DNA of 64,000 nt from Pseudomonadota bacterium (GTDB lineage: Bacteria > Myxococcota > Myxococcia > Myxococcales > JAKAPL01), in assembly GCA_027451705.1 (NCBI GenBank), contig DAIDIT010000119.1:2012-66011 (forward strand). Direction: 5' to 3'. The notes below the pieces were generated by a model, which saw nothing but the letters and a program-made list of their open reading frames with translations, was not told the DNA's origin and did no database searches. This document shows positions 37,612 through 45,885 of the stretch, piece after piece (within the stretch, counting starts at the first letter, position 1; every line of letters starts with the position of its first letter). Position numbers and translations under genes: made by a program.

Positions 37612-37712
37612 GCCGTACGTTCAACGCCGGGGCGCTGAGAGCGCGCCGCCAGTGACTTCGCCGCTCCCGTCTTCGACCTGGTGGCCAGTTAACCGGGCTT
37701 CTCGCGAGAGGC

Positions 37713-37725
37713 CGACCTGTTGAAC
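37713..37725. repeat. 13-nt GACCTGTTGAACG, downstream copy
   Basis: It exactly matches 34602-34614. It lies about 100 nt 3' of the RT-nitrilase stop. Confidence 0.6.
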
Positions 37726-37883
37726 GCTCTCTGCTGCTCTCGGCGGGTGGGGCGTCCAGAGAGCACGATCGGGCGCCGACGGCAGTCGCGGCCGGCGGGC
37801 GGGCGTTCTCAGGATCGCCGGCCGCGATCGCGTCCCCGGCGCCGCCCTGGCGCAGAAGCCCGCGAACACTGGCGCTTTCACGG

Positions 37884-37913
37884 CGGAGCCCCGCGAGCTG
37901 CCTCGCGGGGCTC
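37884..37913. terminator. perfect 13-bp stem / 4-nt loop hairpin at the convergence point of the two gene arrays
   Basis: GGAGCCCCGCGAG-CTGC-CTCGCGGGGCTCC. A second hairpin, CCCCGCC-n10-GGCGGGG, lies at 37926-37949. There is no clear U-tract, so its terminator function is inferred from position only. Confidence 0.4.
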
Positions 37914-38151
37914 CTGTTGACCGCGACCCCGCCTCCGGTTGGTGGCGGGGGAAGAATGGCTCCCCAAGAGGAACCAGAACGCGAACACGGGCGCGGGCGG
38001 CGGAGAGACGTGGAACAGCCGGTAACCTCTTGTCTTTCTCGATCATCGCCAAGCCCGGCGGCGTGTTCGAGTGTCTGTATGGAAGTTCCGCTCTGGACCG
38101 GAGAGCGCCTGGGCCAAGGGGGACAGCCAGACCGCCGACCTCCCGGTCAGC

Positions 38152-40083
38152 CTATGGCACCTCCGCGTCTTCCAGGAGCTGGACGGGGATCTCGTCCAGG
38201 AAGGGGGAATGGTCACGTTCCCAGGGACTCCCGCGCACCGTCTTCCGCTTTCGAGCGCATGTCAGGTAGAGGCGAGACTTCGTTCTCGTGATGCCTACGT
38301 AGAAGAGACGTCGTTCCTCCTCCATCCGGCGGAGGTCCTTCTCGCTGCGAAAGTCGGGGAAGATGCCGGACTCGAGTCCGGTCAAGAACACAGCCGAGAA
38401 CTCGAGGCCCTTCGCCTGATGATACGTCAGCAGTGACACCGAGCCGTCGCGCGGGGACGAGCCGGCGAGAGTCCCGGCGCTGACGAGCTGCGGTAAGCCG
38501 AGCAGGAAGTCAGGGAGCGCGATTCGCCCGGTCGCCCCCATCCCTTGTCGCAGCCGCTCCAATTCGTCGAGAACGCGCTCCGCCTCTTCGGGCGCACCCT
38601 CTTCGTCACCTGCGCCCGAAAAGAGTCCAGGGAGGTCGGCCTTCAGCGCCGCCAGAAGCTTCTGCGTGTCCCGCCCGAGGAGCCTCCACCGGGCGACGTG
38701 TTCCACGACGGTCTGCAGACTCTGGGCGTCCTCGGGCATAGCCTCGCCCGCCAGGGCCGCCTCCACACCGATCGCCTTCGCTCGCGCCGCCCGCACTGCG
38801 CTCTCGAACGCGCTCGAAGCCTCCGGACACAGGACCGAGACCACATGCCGAGCGCTCTGTTCGTCCCGGCTGTTCTGGAGCCATCGCAGCAGACGCAGGA
38901 TTGCTTCAGCCTCTTCGGAGCCGCCGAGGCCCGCGATGCTCGGTCGCGCGGCTGGAATGCCGGCCGCGACCAACGCCTCCTCGACCGGGTCTAGCAGCCG
39001 CCGTGCTCGAGCTATGATCCCAATGTCGGCAGACCGCAACCCGAGCCGCCGCAGCTCCTTTACCGTCGCGACCACGAACGATGCCTCTCCATGTTCGTCG
39101 TCCGCCTGGAAGACCCGAATGGGCTCTACATCGGCACGCTCTGAGCGAATCTCCGGCTTGCCCGGGAACCGAAATCTGTTGCGCGCGATGACGGCATTTG
39201 CAGCCTCGACGATGTTGGAGGGGCATCGATGGCTCAAGGTCGCGTAGATCACCTTGGCCTGGAAGTCGGTGCAGATGCGGTTCAATGTCTCGAGGCGCGC
39301 TTCGTTCCACTCGAAGATGAGTTGGTCTTCGTCCGCGACGGCGAAGAGTCGTGGGGCGCTCGCATCGACCAGCAGTTGCAGAAGTTCATATTGGGAAGGC
39401 GTCGTGTCCTGGAACTCATCGACGAGAACATGGCCAAATGCAACCCGGTAGAGCCGCAGGACCTGCGGCCGCTCTTGGAAGAGCCGCACGCACTCGAGCA
39501 CCAGATCGCCAAAGTCTAGAGCGCCCGCGGCTCTCAGCGCGCCGCGGTAGGTCTCGTGCATCGCGCGGAGGCTGACGGAGATGTCTGGGACCTCGTGCTG
39601 CTTGATGTCGCCCAGAAGCCCTCGACTCTTCAGGCGCGAGAACGCGTGGACAAGGCTCCCCAGGTTGACGCCCGATGGGACGTGGCCCTGCTCCTGCAAC
39701 TGCTCCAGTAGGGCGAGCTGGTCGCGTTCGTCATAGACCATGAAGTCGGTGGGAATGCCGATCGCGTGACCGTGCGCACGAAGGACGTGACTGCCGAAGG
39801 CGTGGAAGGTGCCGATGAAAGCGCGTGTTTCGGCGTCCGGGATCTCGGAGTTCAAGCGAACTGTCATCTCCGTCGCAGCCTTGTTTGTGAAGGTCAATGC
39901 GAGCACCTTGCTCTTTCCAAGGGCCCCCGTCTCCAGCAACTGTCGCGCGCGCTGTACGAGCAGCGTGGTCTTGCCGGTGCCCGGTCCAGCCAGCACGAGG
40001 TATGCGCCCTCCGGCGGCGGGAGTTCCTCGTCGAGGGAATCCGTCGTCTTGCCAGTCGCTGCGTTGATCCTCGTCGGTTCCAC
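38152..40083 (-). CDS. gajB: Gabija GajB (UvrD/PcrA-like SF1 helicase)
   Basis: Motifs LVLAGPGTGKTTLL, ALTFTNKAATEM, LVDEFQDTTPSQ, TYHQAKGLEFSAVF and FYVGITRTKSRLYL. The GTG start has GGAGA 5 nt upstream. It lies directly downstream of the OLD-family gene. Confidence 0.8.
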   Translation of the reverse strand: MEPTRINAATGKTTDSLDEELPPPEGAYLVLAGPGTGKTTLLVQRARQLLETGALGKSKVLALTFTNKAATEMTVRLNSEIPDAETRAFIGTFHAFGSHVLRAHGHAIGIPTDFMVYDERDQLALLEQLQEQGHVPSGVNLGSLVHAFSRLKSRGLLGDIKQHEVPDISVSLRAMHETYRGALRAAGALDFGDLVLECVRLFQERPQVLRLYRVAFGHVLVDEFQDTTPSQYELLQLLVDASAPRLFAVADEDQLIFEWNEARLETLNRICTDFQAKVIYATLSHRCPSNIVEAANAVIARNRFRFPGKPEIRSERADVEPIRVFQADDEHGEASFVVATVKELRRLGLRSADIGIIARARRLLDPVEEALVAAGIPAARPSIAGLGGSEEAEAILRLLRWLQNSRDEQSARHVVSVLCPEASSAFESAVRAARAKAIGVEAALAGEAMPEDAQSLQTVVEHVARWRLLGRDTQKLLAALKADLPGLFSGAGDEEGAPEEAERVLDELERLRQGMGATGRIALPDFLLGLPQLVSAGTLAGSSPRDGSVSLLTYHQAKGLEFSAVFLTGLESGIFPDFRSEKDLRRMEEERRLFYVGITRTKSRLYLTCARKRKTVRGSPWERDHSPFLDEIPVQLLEDAEVP

Positions 40084-40092
40084 TCGTGTCTC

Positions 40093-41922
40093 CTACGCCT
40101 TCACCGCGGCGCCCGTGGCGAAGTCCCGAACCCTGTTGAGAGCCGCGACAACCGGCGCGGGAATCCGCGCCGGAATGGTTCCGCCAGCCGTGATCGCGTC
40201 GGCGACGTGGGCTGCGAAGACCACCTTCCACCGTTTGCCCCATCGCTGGTGCATCATGAAGTCATGGACCTGCTTCTCTCGAGGCAGGCCGGCCCGACTC
40301 GCGTCTCCAGCCACAAAGGCCGCCAGCGTTCCCGCCTCTGGGTTGGCTGCGATCGCTGCCTCATACTCGGCGCGAGCGCCGCCATAGATGAGCGCACCCT
40401 CGAGGTCGTGTCCTGCATCGAGTGCGAAGCAGTCGTGGGGGAGCAGGATGTCTTCCCGAAGCCGCCCGGCGGCCTTCGCGGTGTCTACGGCAGCTTGGGA
40501 GACACGCCCAGCGCTCATGAGGTGCTTGGCGAGCTCTTCCAGGTGTTCTCCATCCGAGAGAACGACCCATGGAATACCCAGAGCGTTCGTTCCGAGCATC
40601 CGGAGCAGCGGCACGTACGCCTTGCCGTCCACGGGCACGAGCGAGATGCCGTGGAGATGAAGATCAATGCCCAGCGCACGAGCGAAGAGCGGTACGGCAC
40701 GTACTTCGGATTCGCCCTCGAAGAGGAGCACGGCTCGAGCGAAGAAGACCTCAGCGGCACCAGAGCGGAGCTCCCGCTCCAAGATCGAGCGCTGCCGCGG
40801 AGCGAAGAACGGGGAGCCAGGGTTGGCGGGGTCGTCGACGGGAATCTGGGATGCGACGCACCCGTTACCTCCACGTCTGAGCAAGGTCACTTGATCAGCG
40901 CCGACCTGCCTGGCGATGGCGGTTGAGTGCGTCGTGACGAACGTCTGGCGGCCGATCGCCGCAAGCACACCGGCGATCGCGCGCCGCGCGTGCGGATGGA
41001 GGTGGACCTCTGGCTCTTCAATGCCGAGAAGTGGCTCGGCCTCCACGTTGTCGTTCTCTTCGCGGGCGAGCAGGTCGACAAAAGCCTGGAAGATGACGAG
41101 GTATCCCACGCTGCGAGTTCCCTCGCCGTGCCGGTCGAGTGGGAAGCCACGCGGGGAGTCGAGGGTCTGCAGCAGAACTTCGAGATTCCGAAGAATGGTG
41201 GCCGAGTCCACTGCAACGGGATTCACGACGACATCGTTGGGGGCAGACGCGGTTGGGATGATTCGCCCGATCTCACGGAAGCGCGTCCGAATTTCACCGA
41301 GGCGCGGAGTTGCGGCAAGTATGGACGTGTTGATGGTCTGGATCGCGGTCGCGACTGCTGCCGCGGTGGCGGGATCGAGCTGGATCGAATCGACGAGGCG
41401 CCCCCAGAAGCCGCGACGGTTCCGAAGTTCCCGCACCGTGTCTCTGAATGCATCTGCGAGGTAGAACGGGATAAATCGACGAAGGAGGCCACGCTTGCTA
41501 ATCGACAGGCGTCGCGTCGTTCCGTCGGCCTTCACCGAGAAGTAGTCGACGCGGACTCTGCTCTCTGCCGCATCAAAGGATGCCTCGGTTCGGAAATTCA
41601 GAAACGGCGCGCCGACCGCGTCAAAGTCTATGTTGTCGACAAACTCGGTGGTGAAAGCCACGCTGAAATCTGGTGCCGGCGTCGCGCGCAGTTCCAGGTC
41701 GATCCGGATCGTCGGGAGAGCGGCGGGAGCGTTCGCAGCTTGAACGAAAAAGTCTTCCAGCTCGAAGCTGGTTCCGCGGCCGAGGGCGCGATCAAGGGCG
41801 TGGAGAAGGCTCGTTTTACCGGTGTTGTTCTCACCGATCAGGAGGTTGATGTCGGCCTTCGCCACGAGATCGAAGGCCCGCAAGCATCGGAAGTTCTCGA
41901 TGTGGATCCTCGCGATGCGCAT
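40093..41922 (-). CDS. gajA: Gabija GajA (OLD-family ABC ATPase plus TOPRIM nuclease)
   Basis: MRIARIHIENFRCLRAFDL...LIGENNTGKTSLLHAL, LLGIEEPEVHLHPHA, and TOPRIM segments AVLLFEGESEVRAV and VVLSDGEHLEE. Confidence 0.8.
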   Translation of the reverse strand: MRIARIHIENFRCLRAFDLVAKADINLLIGENNTGKTSLLHALDRALGRGTSFELEDFFVQAANAPAALPTIRIDLELRATPAPDFSVAFTTEFVDNIDFDAVGAPFLNFRTEASFDAAESRVRVDYFSVKADGTTRRLSISKRGLLRRFIPFYLADAFRDTVRELRNRRGFWGRLVDSIQLDPATAAAVATAIQTINTSILAATPRLGEIRTRFREIGRIIPTASAPNDVVVNPVAVDSATILRNLEVLLQTLDSPRGFPLDRHGEGTRSVGYLVIFQAFVDLLAREENDNVEAEPLLGIEEPEVHLHPHARRAIAGVLAAIGRQTFVTTHSTAIARQVGADQVTLLRRGGNGCVASQIPVDDPANPGSPFFAPRQRSILERELRSGAAEVFFARAVLLFEGESEVRAVPLFARALGIDLHLHGISLVPVDGKAYVPLLRMLGTNALGIPWVVLSDGEHLEELAKHLMSAGRVSQAAVDTAKAAGRLREDILLPHDCFALDAGHDLEGALIYGGARAEYEAAIAANPEAGTLAAFVAGDASRAGLPREKQVHDFMMHQRWGKRWKVVFAAHVADAITAGGTIPARIPAPVVAALNRVRDFATGAAVKA

Positions 41923-41943
41923 CCTTGATCGTCCTCCGTCCGC

Positions 41944-42093
41944 CTACTCGGCCAGCGACTTGAACGCCGCCTGGGATGGCTCGCTGCTGAACTTGACATG
42001 CAGATTGTCGAGGATCGCCACCGGGTGCGCGGCCTGGAAAGCGAGTCCCGCTGCCGTCATCGACAGCTCGGCCTGGCCGAGACGAGTCTTCAT
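41944..42093 (-). CDS. 49-codon ORF translationally coupled to the upstream helicase-nuclease gene
   Basis: Hand-translated as MKTRLGQAELSMTAAGLAFQAAHPVAILDNLHVKFSSEPSQAAFKSLAE. Its ATG overlaps the upstream TGA (ATGA at 42090-42093). Its stop is 21 nt before the gajA ATG. It is below the ORF-track length cut-off. Confidence 0.35.
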   Translation of the reverse strand: MKTRLGQAELSMTAAGLAFQAAHPVAILDNLHVKFSSEPSQAAFKSLAE

Positions 42094-45000
42094 GGTGCTA
42101 GCACCTTGGCGATCAGCTCCGCGATGGCCTTGGCGTCGATGCCGCCCGCCTCGTCGTCGCGGGTGATGATCAGCGTCCCGCCACTACCCCCCCCCTCGCC
42201 GTGCGGAAGGATTTCGGCGGCCCGATAGGCCGCCAGCTTCCTCTCCCAGCGCGCCGCGTAGTCCGGGTTGTGCAGCAGCCCGAGGTGCTCCCAGTAGTAC
42301 CGGGCGCCGGTGTCGTCATCCACGACGGTGAAGTCGGGGTACCGCGTCTTGCCGTTTGGCAGGGTCAGCGGCGCCTCGTACTCGTAGCGATCGACGCCCT
42401 GCGCCAGGAGCTCGTTCGCGATGATAACCTCGGACTTCGAGCGGACGAGGTCGCCGCGCTTCGTCCGGTGGATAAGGCGATCCTCCAGGAACCGCTCCGC
42501 GCCGTCGACGTCGAAGGACACCGGTTTGGGCGGCGCGAAGAGGTTGGTCATCCGCCGTGCGATGTCGGAGTGTCTCTCGGTCGCGTAGCTGCGCAGGTCG
42601 CGGACCTTGCCCTGGTGAAGGATGATGATCCGCTCCTGCTGGCGTGTCAGGGCGGTGTAGAGGAGCTCGCGGGAGAGCATCCAGCACGGGTTCGGCAGCA
42701 CCACGAACGTGATCCCGAATTCGCTGCCCTGGGTCTTGTGCACGGTCAGCGCGTAAGCGAGGTCGAGGGGCGGCGATCCCTCGTCCCCGAACTCCCAGAC
42801 GCCGAAGTCGTAGTCGTGGCCCGGCTGGGATGTGAACTCGACCTCGAGGATCGGGAAGAGCTTCTTCTGCCCCTTGCGCTTGTAGTTGCCAACCACGAGC
42901 CCGACGTCGCCGTTGGCGACATACGAGGGGCGCTCGGGGTAGACCTTCCGCCGGCTGCTGTTCTGCAGGTTGATGACCTTGTCGCCGTAGATGATTCCCT
43001 GGCGACCCAGTGGGGAATGGATCTTCCTCTGGAACCCGTGAGCGGTTGCCCGCGATAGCCAAGTCTTTCGGAAGGTCTGCTGGACGACTCGGTTCAAGGC
43101 GTCGACGCCGTGATCGGCACCTCGAACCGGCGAGATGATCTGCCAGCTCTCGGCCTTCAGCGCGTTGTTCGCGTCGCGGCTGCGCCAGAAGAACGTGCCG
43201 CCGTTGTACAGGGTCGCGCCGAGCGTGCACTCGAAGCCGACCTCGTCGTCCCGTCCGCTGAGCTTCAGCTCCGTCACGACGAGGTCGATCAGCTTGGCCT
43301 GGACGTCCTCGCCGTCGGCCCACGACTCGAAGCGGATCTCGGGCATCTTCTCCTGCTCGATCCGGTCCCAGATCTCGTCGGCCGCCGGGTCGGCGTCCCC
43401 GCCGAACCAGCTCGCGAGGATCAGGTCCGCCCGCGTCGCCCCTTGCTGGCGGCGCGGGATCGTCAGCTCGGCATAGCCTCGCCCGACGCGCGGGAACCGG
43501 TGCTCGACGCCCTCCGGCTCGAGCTCGCGGACGATGTCGACGAAGGGCCGTCCGCTACCGATCGGCGGTAGCTGGCGGGGGTCACCAACCAACACGAGGC
43601 GGTCCACGCCGCTCAGGGCGTCGACGAGCGCGGCAAGCTGCTCCTCCGTGAGCATCGAGCACTCGTCGATGATCGCGGTTCGGTAATCGCCACAGCGCTC
43701 GGTGCTTCCAGTGACCCGGTATCGTCCGGTGTCTGGGGCGTAGCGCTCTCCGTACCGCATCAGGAACTGCGCGATCGTGAGGCCACCTTCCATCTCGGTC
43801 TTCGTTTCGAGCTGGACTCGAGCCTTACCGGTCGGCGCGAGCAGCAGGACGCCACCGGCCGCCACATCGTCGAGCGCGCAGAGCATCTTCAAGAGCGTCG
43901 TCTTGCCAGTGCCGGCGGCGCCGATGAGCACGGACAAGCGCGAGGCGAAGACCTCTTCGAGCGCCGCTGCCTTCTCCGTTCGCGCCTTCTCCTCGACCGC
44001 TCCGTCCGCCGGCCCGGACGGCAGCTTGCCGAGGTGCTTCTCCACGACCGCGCGGAAGTCGTGCTTCCCCTTGTGCCGCTGGCTCTTCGGGCTGATGCGC
44101 TTCTGCACCGTCTTGCGAATGAGGTCAGTGGTGTCCGCAAACCGCGTGAGCTGGAATGCGGGGCTTCCGTCTGCCATCTCGATCGGCTGAACAACGCCGG
44201 CCAGCATGTCGCCGAGCCCCGCGAGAACCTCCTGGGCGACTGGACAATCGGTCTCGAGCGGCATCTTGCCGATTCCCGCCGTCACCCACCCACGCGGCAT
44301 CAACGTGTGCCCCTCTTCCGCGCCGTGTTCGAGCGCCGCGACCAAGAGCGCGCGCACCCGCCGCGGGTCGACCTTGTCCTCGAGCCGTGATCGGTCGGGG
44401 AGCGGATGCGCTTCGAGGACAGCACGATCGGGGAGCACGCCGCGGTCGATGGTCATCACCGAGATGGGATCCACCGAGTCGCGATCGATCTCGTAAAAGA
44501 GGTACGGGTTGGCGAGCAGCGCAGCGTCGTCCACACATCCGGGTCGCTGGTCCGGATCGAAGAACCGAGTGGCCTGCGAAGCCTCGATCGAGAACCGGCT
44601 CACGAGTTTCAACAGCTCCTTCTTCTCGGGCGTCATTGCGAGCCACGCGCGGCCGAATCCTTCCCCAACGACCAGCTTCGCCGCTCCCTTGGCACCGTCT
44701 GGCGCCCGCATCAGGCGCTCGAATGCGGGCCAGGGATCGACGTTCCCGTCGCTGTGGCCCTTCGCGCTCTCCTCAGCCAGCTCGTAGGCGACGAGGTTTC
44801 CGCCGTCCCCGAGGAAGGCTGTGAGCGCGGAGCCAAACCCGGGGAACGGACCGCGCATGCGCCACAGCCGGTTCAACTGCAGGTCGAGCCAGGCCGAGAC
44901 CCGCTTCCACGGTCCCGGCAGCACGGCGTCGATCTTCTCTAGTGCGCGGATGCAGCTCAGGACCGACGCGATGGCTTGATCGTGCGAGACGTGCTCTGAG

Positions 45001-45884
45001 GCGTAGGAGAAGCTCCAGAAGGCATCGTCGGGGGCGAACGCGAGGAACTGCTCGGGATCCAGCCCCTTCTCCAGCGCAAGGTCGAACAGCTCCCGGTACG
45101 GGAACAGGAAGCCGTCCTCGAACCCGGTCCGGATGGAGTGCTCGACGTTCCGCTCCCAGAGCACGCTTCGATGCGGCGGCTTCGTGGTCGAGTACTTGTA
45201 CTCGACGTGCTCGTCGATGGACCGCACGCGACCCACGCCCACGATGACCCGGCCAGCGGAGGAGGAGAGTGGCGTGTCCTTCGCGTAGAAGAAGCAAAGC
45301 GACTCCTCGGGCCGAACGGCACCGAAGAACGTGTCGAGCATGACGAGCTGGTTCGCGCGGTCCTGGATCCAGTCGACCTCGAACCCGAAGTCAGGCTCCC
45401 GATCGGGCTGGAAGCCGAGGTCATAGCGTCCGATGATCTCGGCGCCTTCCTCCTTCAGCATCCAGCGAAACGGAACGCATGCGGCGCTGTATGGACGCAT
45501 CGTGTAGGGCGTCGGCAGGAAGTGGCCGTGGGACTGGGAGTTGCGTTCGACGTACGGGTGGCGCTTGGTGACGGTGATCGGGAAGGGCGCCATGAAGTTC
45601 GCGCGCTCCGCGATGCACGGAGGAAGCTGGTCGTGGGCGAGGTCCGCGAGCGACTTGCCGGCAACCGACATCTCGTTGGCATCGTCCTTAACTTCCGCGA
45701 TTCGTCGAAGCGCCCGGCATGCGGTGTTGCTCGCGGGCTTATCGCAGACGGTCCCAACCCACCCCGCGTCGTGCCACGGCACTCGGATCGACAGGTGTTG
45801 GACGGGAAGACGGCGTGCGCCGGCGATCATGGCTGCCTCGGTGTCGTTCTTGAGCCCGTCCGGGCTCCGGGCTGGGGCGCGCAC
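42090..45884 (-). CDS. giant SF1 (RecD/Dda-like) helicase with an unknown N-terminal domain and a C-terminal PD-(D/E)xK-like nuclease domain
   Basis: The N-terminal LSIRVPWHDAGWVGTVCDKPASNTAC begins about 600 aa without assignable motifs. Helicase motifs VLIGAAGTGKTTLL, AIIDECSMLT, LVLVGDPRQLPPIG and ALTVHKTQGSEF. C-terminal SKSEVIIANELL...RYPDFTVVDDDTGARYYWEHLG. The start is GTG at 45884 or ATG at 45830. Confidence 0.75.
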   Translation of the reverse strand: MRAPARSPDGLKNDTEAAMIAGARRLPVQHLSIRVPWHDAGWVGTVCDKPASNTACRALRRIAEVKDDANEMSVAGKSLADLAHDQLPPCIAERANFMAPFPITVTKRHPYVERNSQSHGHFLPTPYTMRPYSAACVPFRWMLKEEGAEIIGRYDLGFQPDREPDFGFEVDWIQDRANQLVMLDTFFGAVRPEESLCFFYAKDTPLSSSAGRVIVGVGRVRSIDEHVEYKYSTTKPPHRSVLWERNVEHSIRTGFEDGFLFPYRELFDLALEKGLDPEQFLAFAPDDAFWSFSYASEHVSHDQAIASVLSCIRALEKIDAVLPGPWKRVSAWLDLQLNRLWRMRGPFPGFGSALTAFLGDGGNLVAYELAEESAKGHSDGNVDPWPAFERLMRAPDGAKGAAKLVVGEGFGRAWLAMTPEKKELLKLVSRFSIEASQATRFFDPDQRPGCVDDAALLANPYLFYEIDRDSVDPISVMTIDRGVLPDRAVLEAHPLPDRSRLEDKVDPRRVRALLVAALEHGAEEGHTLMPRGWVTAGIGKMPLETDCPVAQEVLAGLGDMLAGVVQPIEMADGSPAFQLTRFADTTDLIRKTVQKRISPKSQRHKGKHDFRAVVEKHLGKLPSGPADGAVEEKARTEKAAALEEVFASRLSVLIGAAGTGKTTLLKMLCALDDVAAGGVLLLAPTGKARVQLETKTEMEGGLTIAQFLMRYGERYAPDTGRYRVTGSTERCGDYRTAIIDECSMLTEEQLAALVDALSGVDRLVLVGDPRQLPPIGSGRPFVDIVRELEPEGVEHRFPRVGRGYAELTIPRRQQGATRADLILASWFGGDADPAADEIWDRIEQEKMPEIRFESWADGEDVQAKLIDLVVTELKLSGRDDEVGFECTLGATLYNGGTFFWRSRDANNALKAESWQIISPVRGADHGVDALNRVVQQTFRKTWLSRATAHGFQRKIHSPLGRQGIIYGDKVINLQNSSRRKVYPERPSYVANGDVGLVVGNYKRKGQKKLFPILEVEFTSQPGHDYDFGVWEFGDEGSPPLDLAYALTVHKTQGSEFGITFVVLPNPCWMLSRELLYTALTRQQERIIILHQGKVRDLRSYATERHSDIARRMTNLFAPPKPVSFDVDGAERFLEDRLIHRTKRGDLVRSKSEVIIANELLAQGVDRYEYEAPLTLPNGKTRYPDFTVVDDDTGARYYWEHLGLLHNPDYAARWERKLAAYRAAEILPHGEGGGSGGTLIITRDDEAGGIDAKAIAELIAKVLAP

Positions 45885-45885
45885 A

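Noticed and set aside
37621-38052. 143-aa minus-strand ORF in the convergent gap.
   Set aside because: It is Arg/Pro/Ala-rich low-complexity sequence with no SD and no motifs. It spans hairpins and repeats and is best treated as non-coding.
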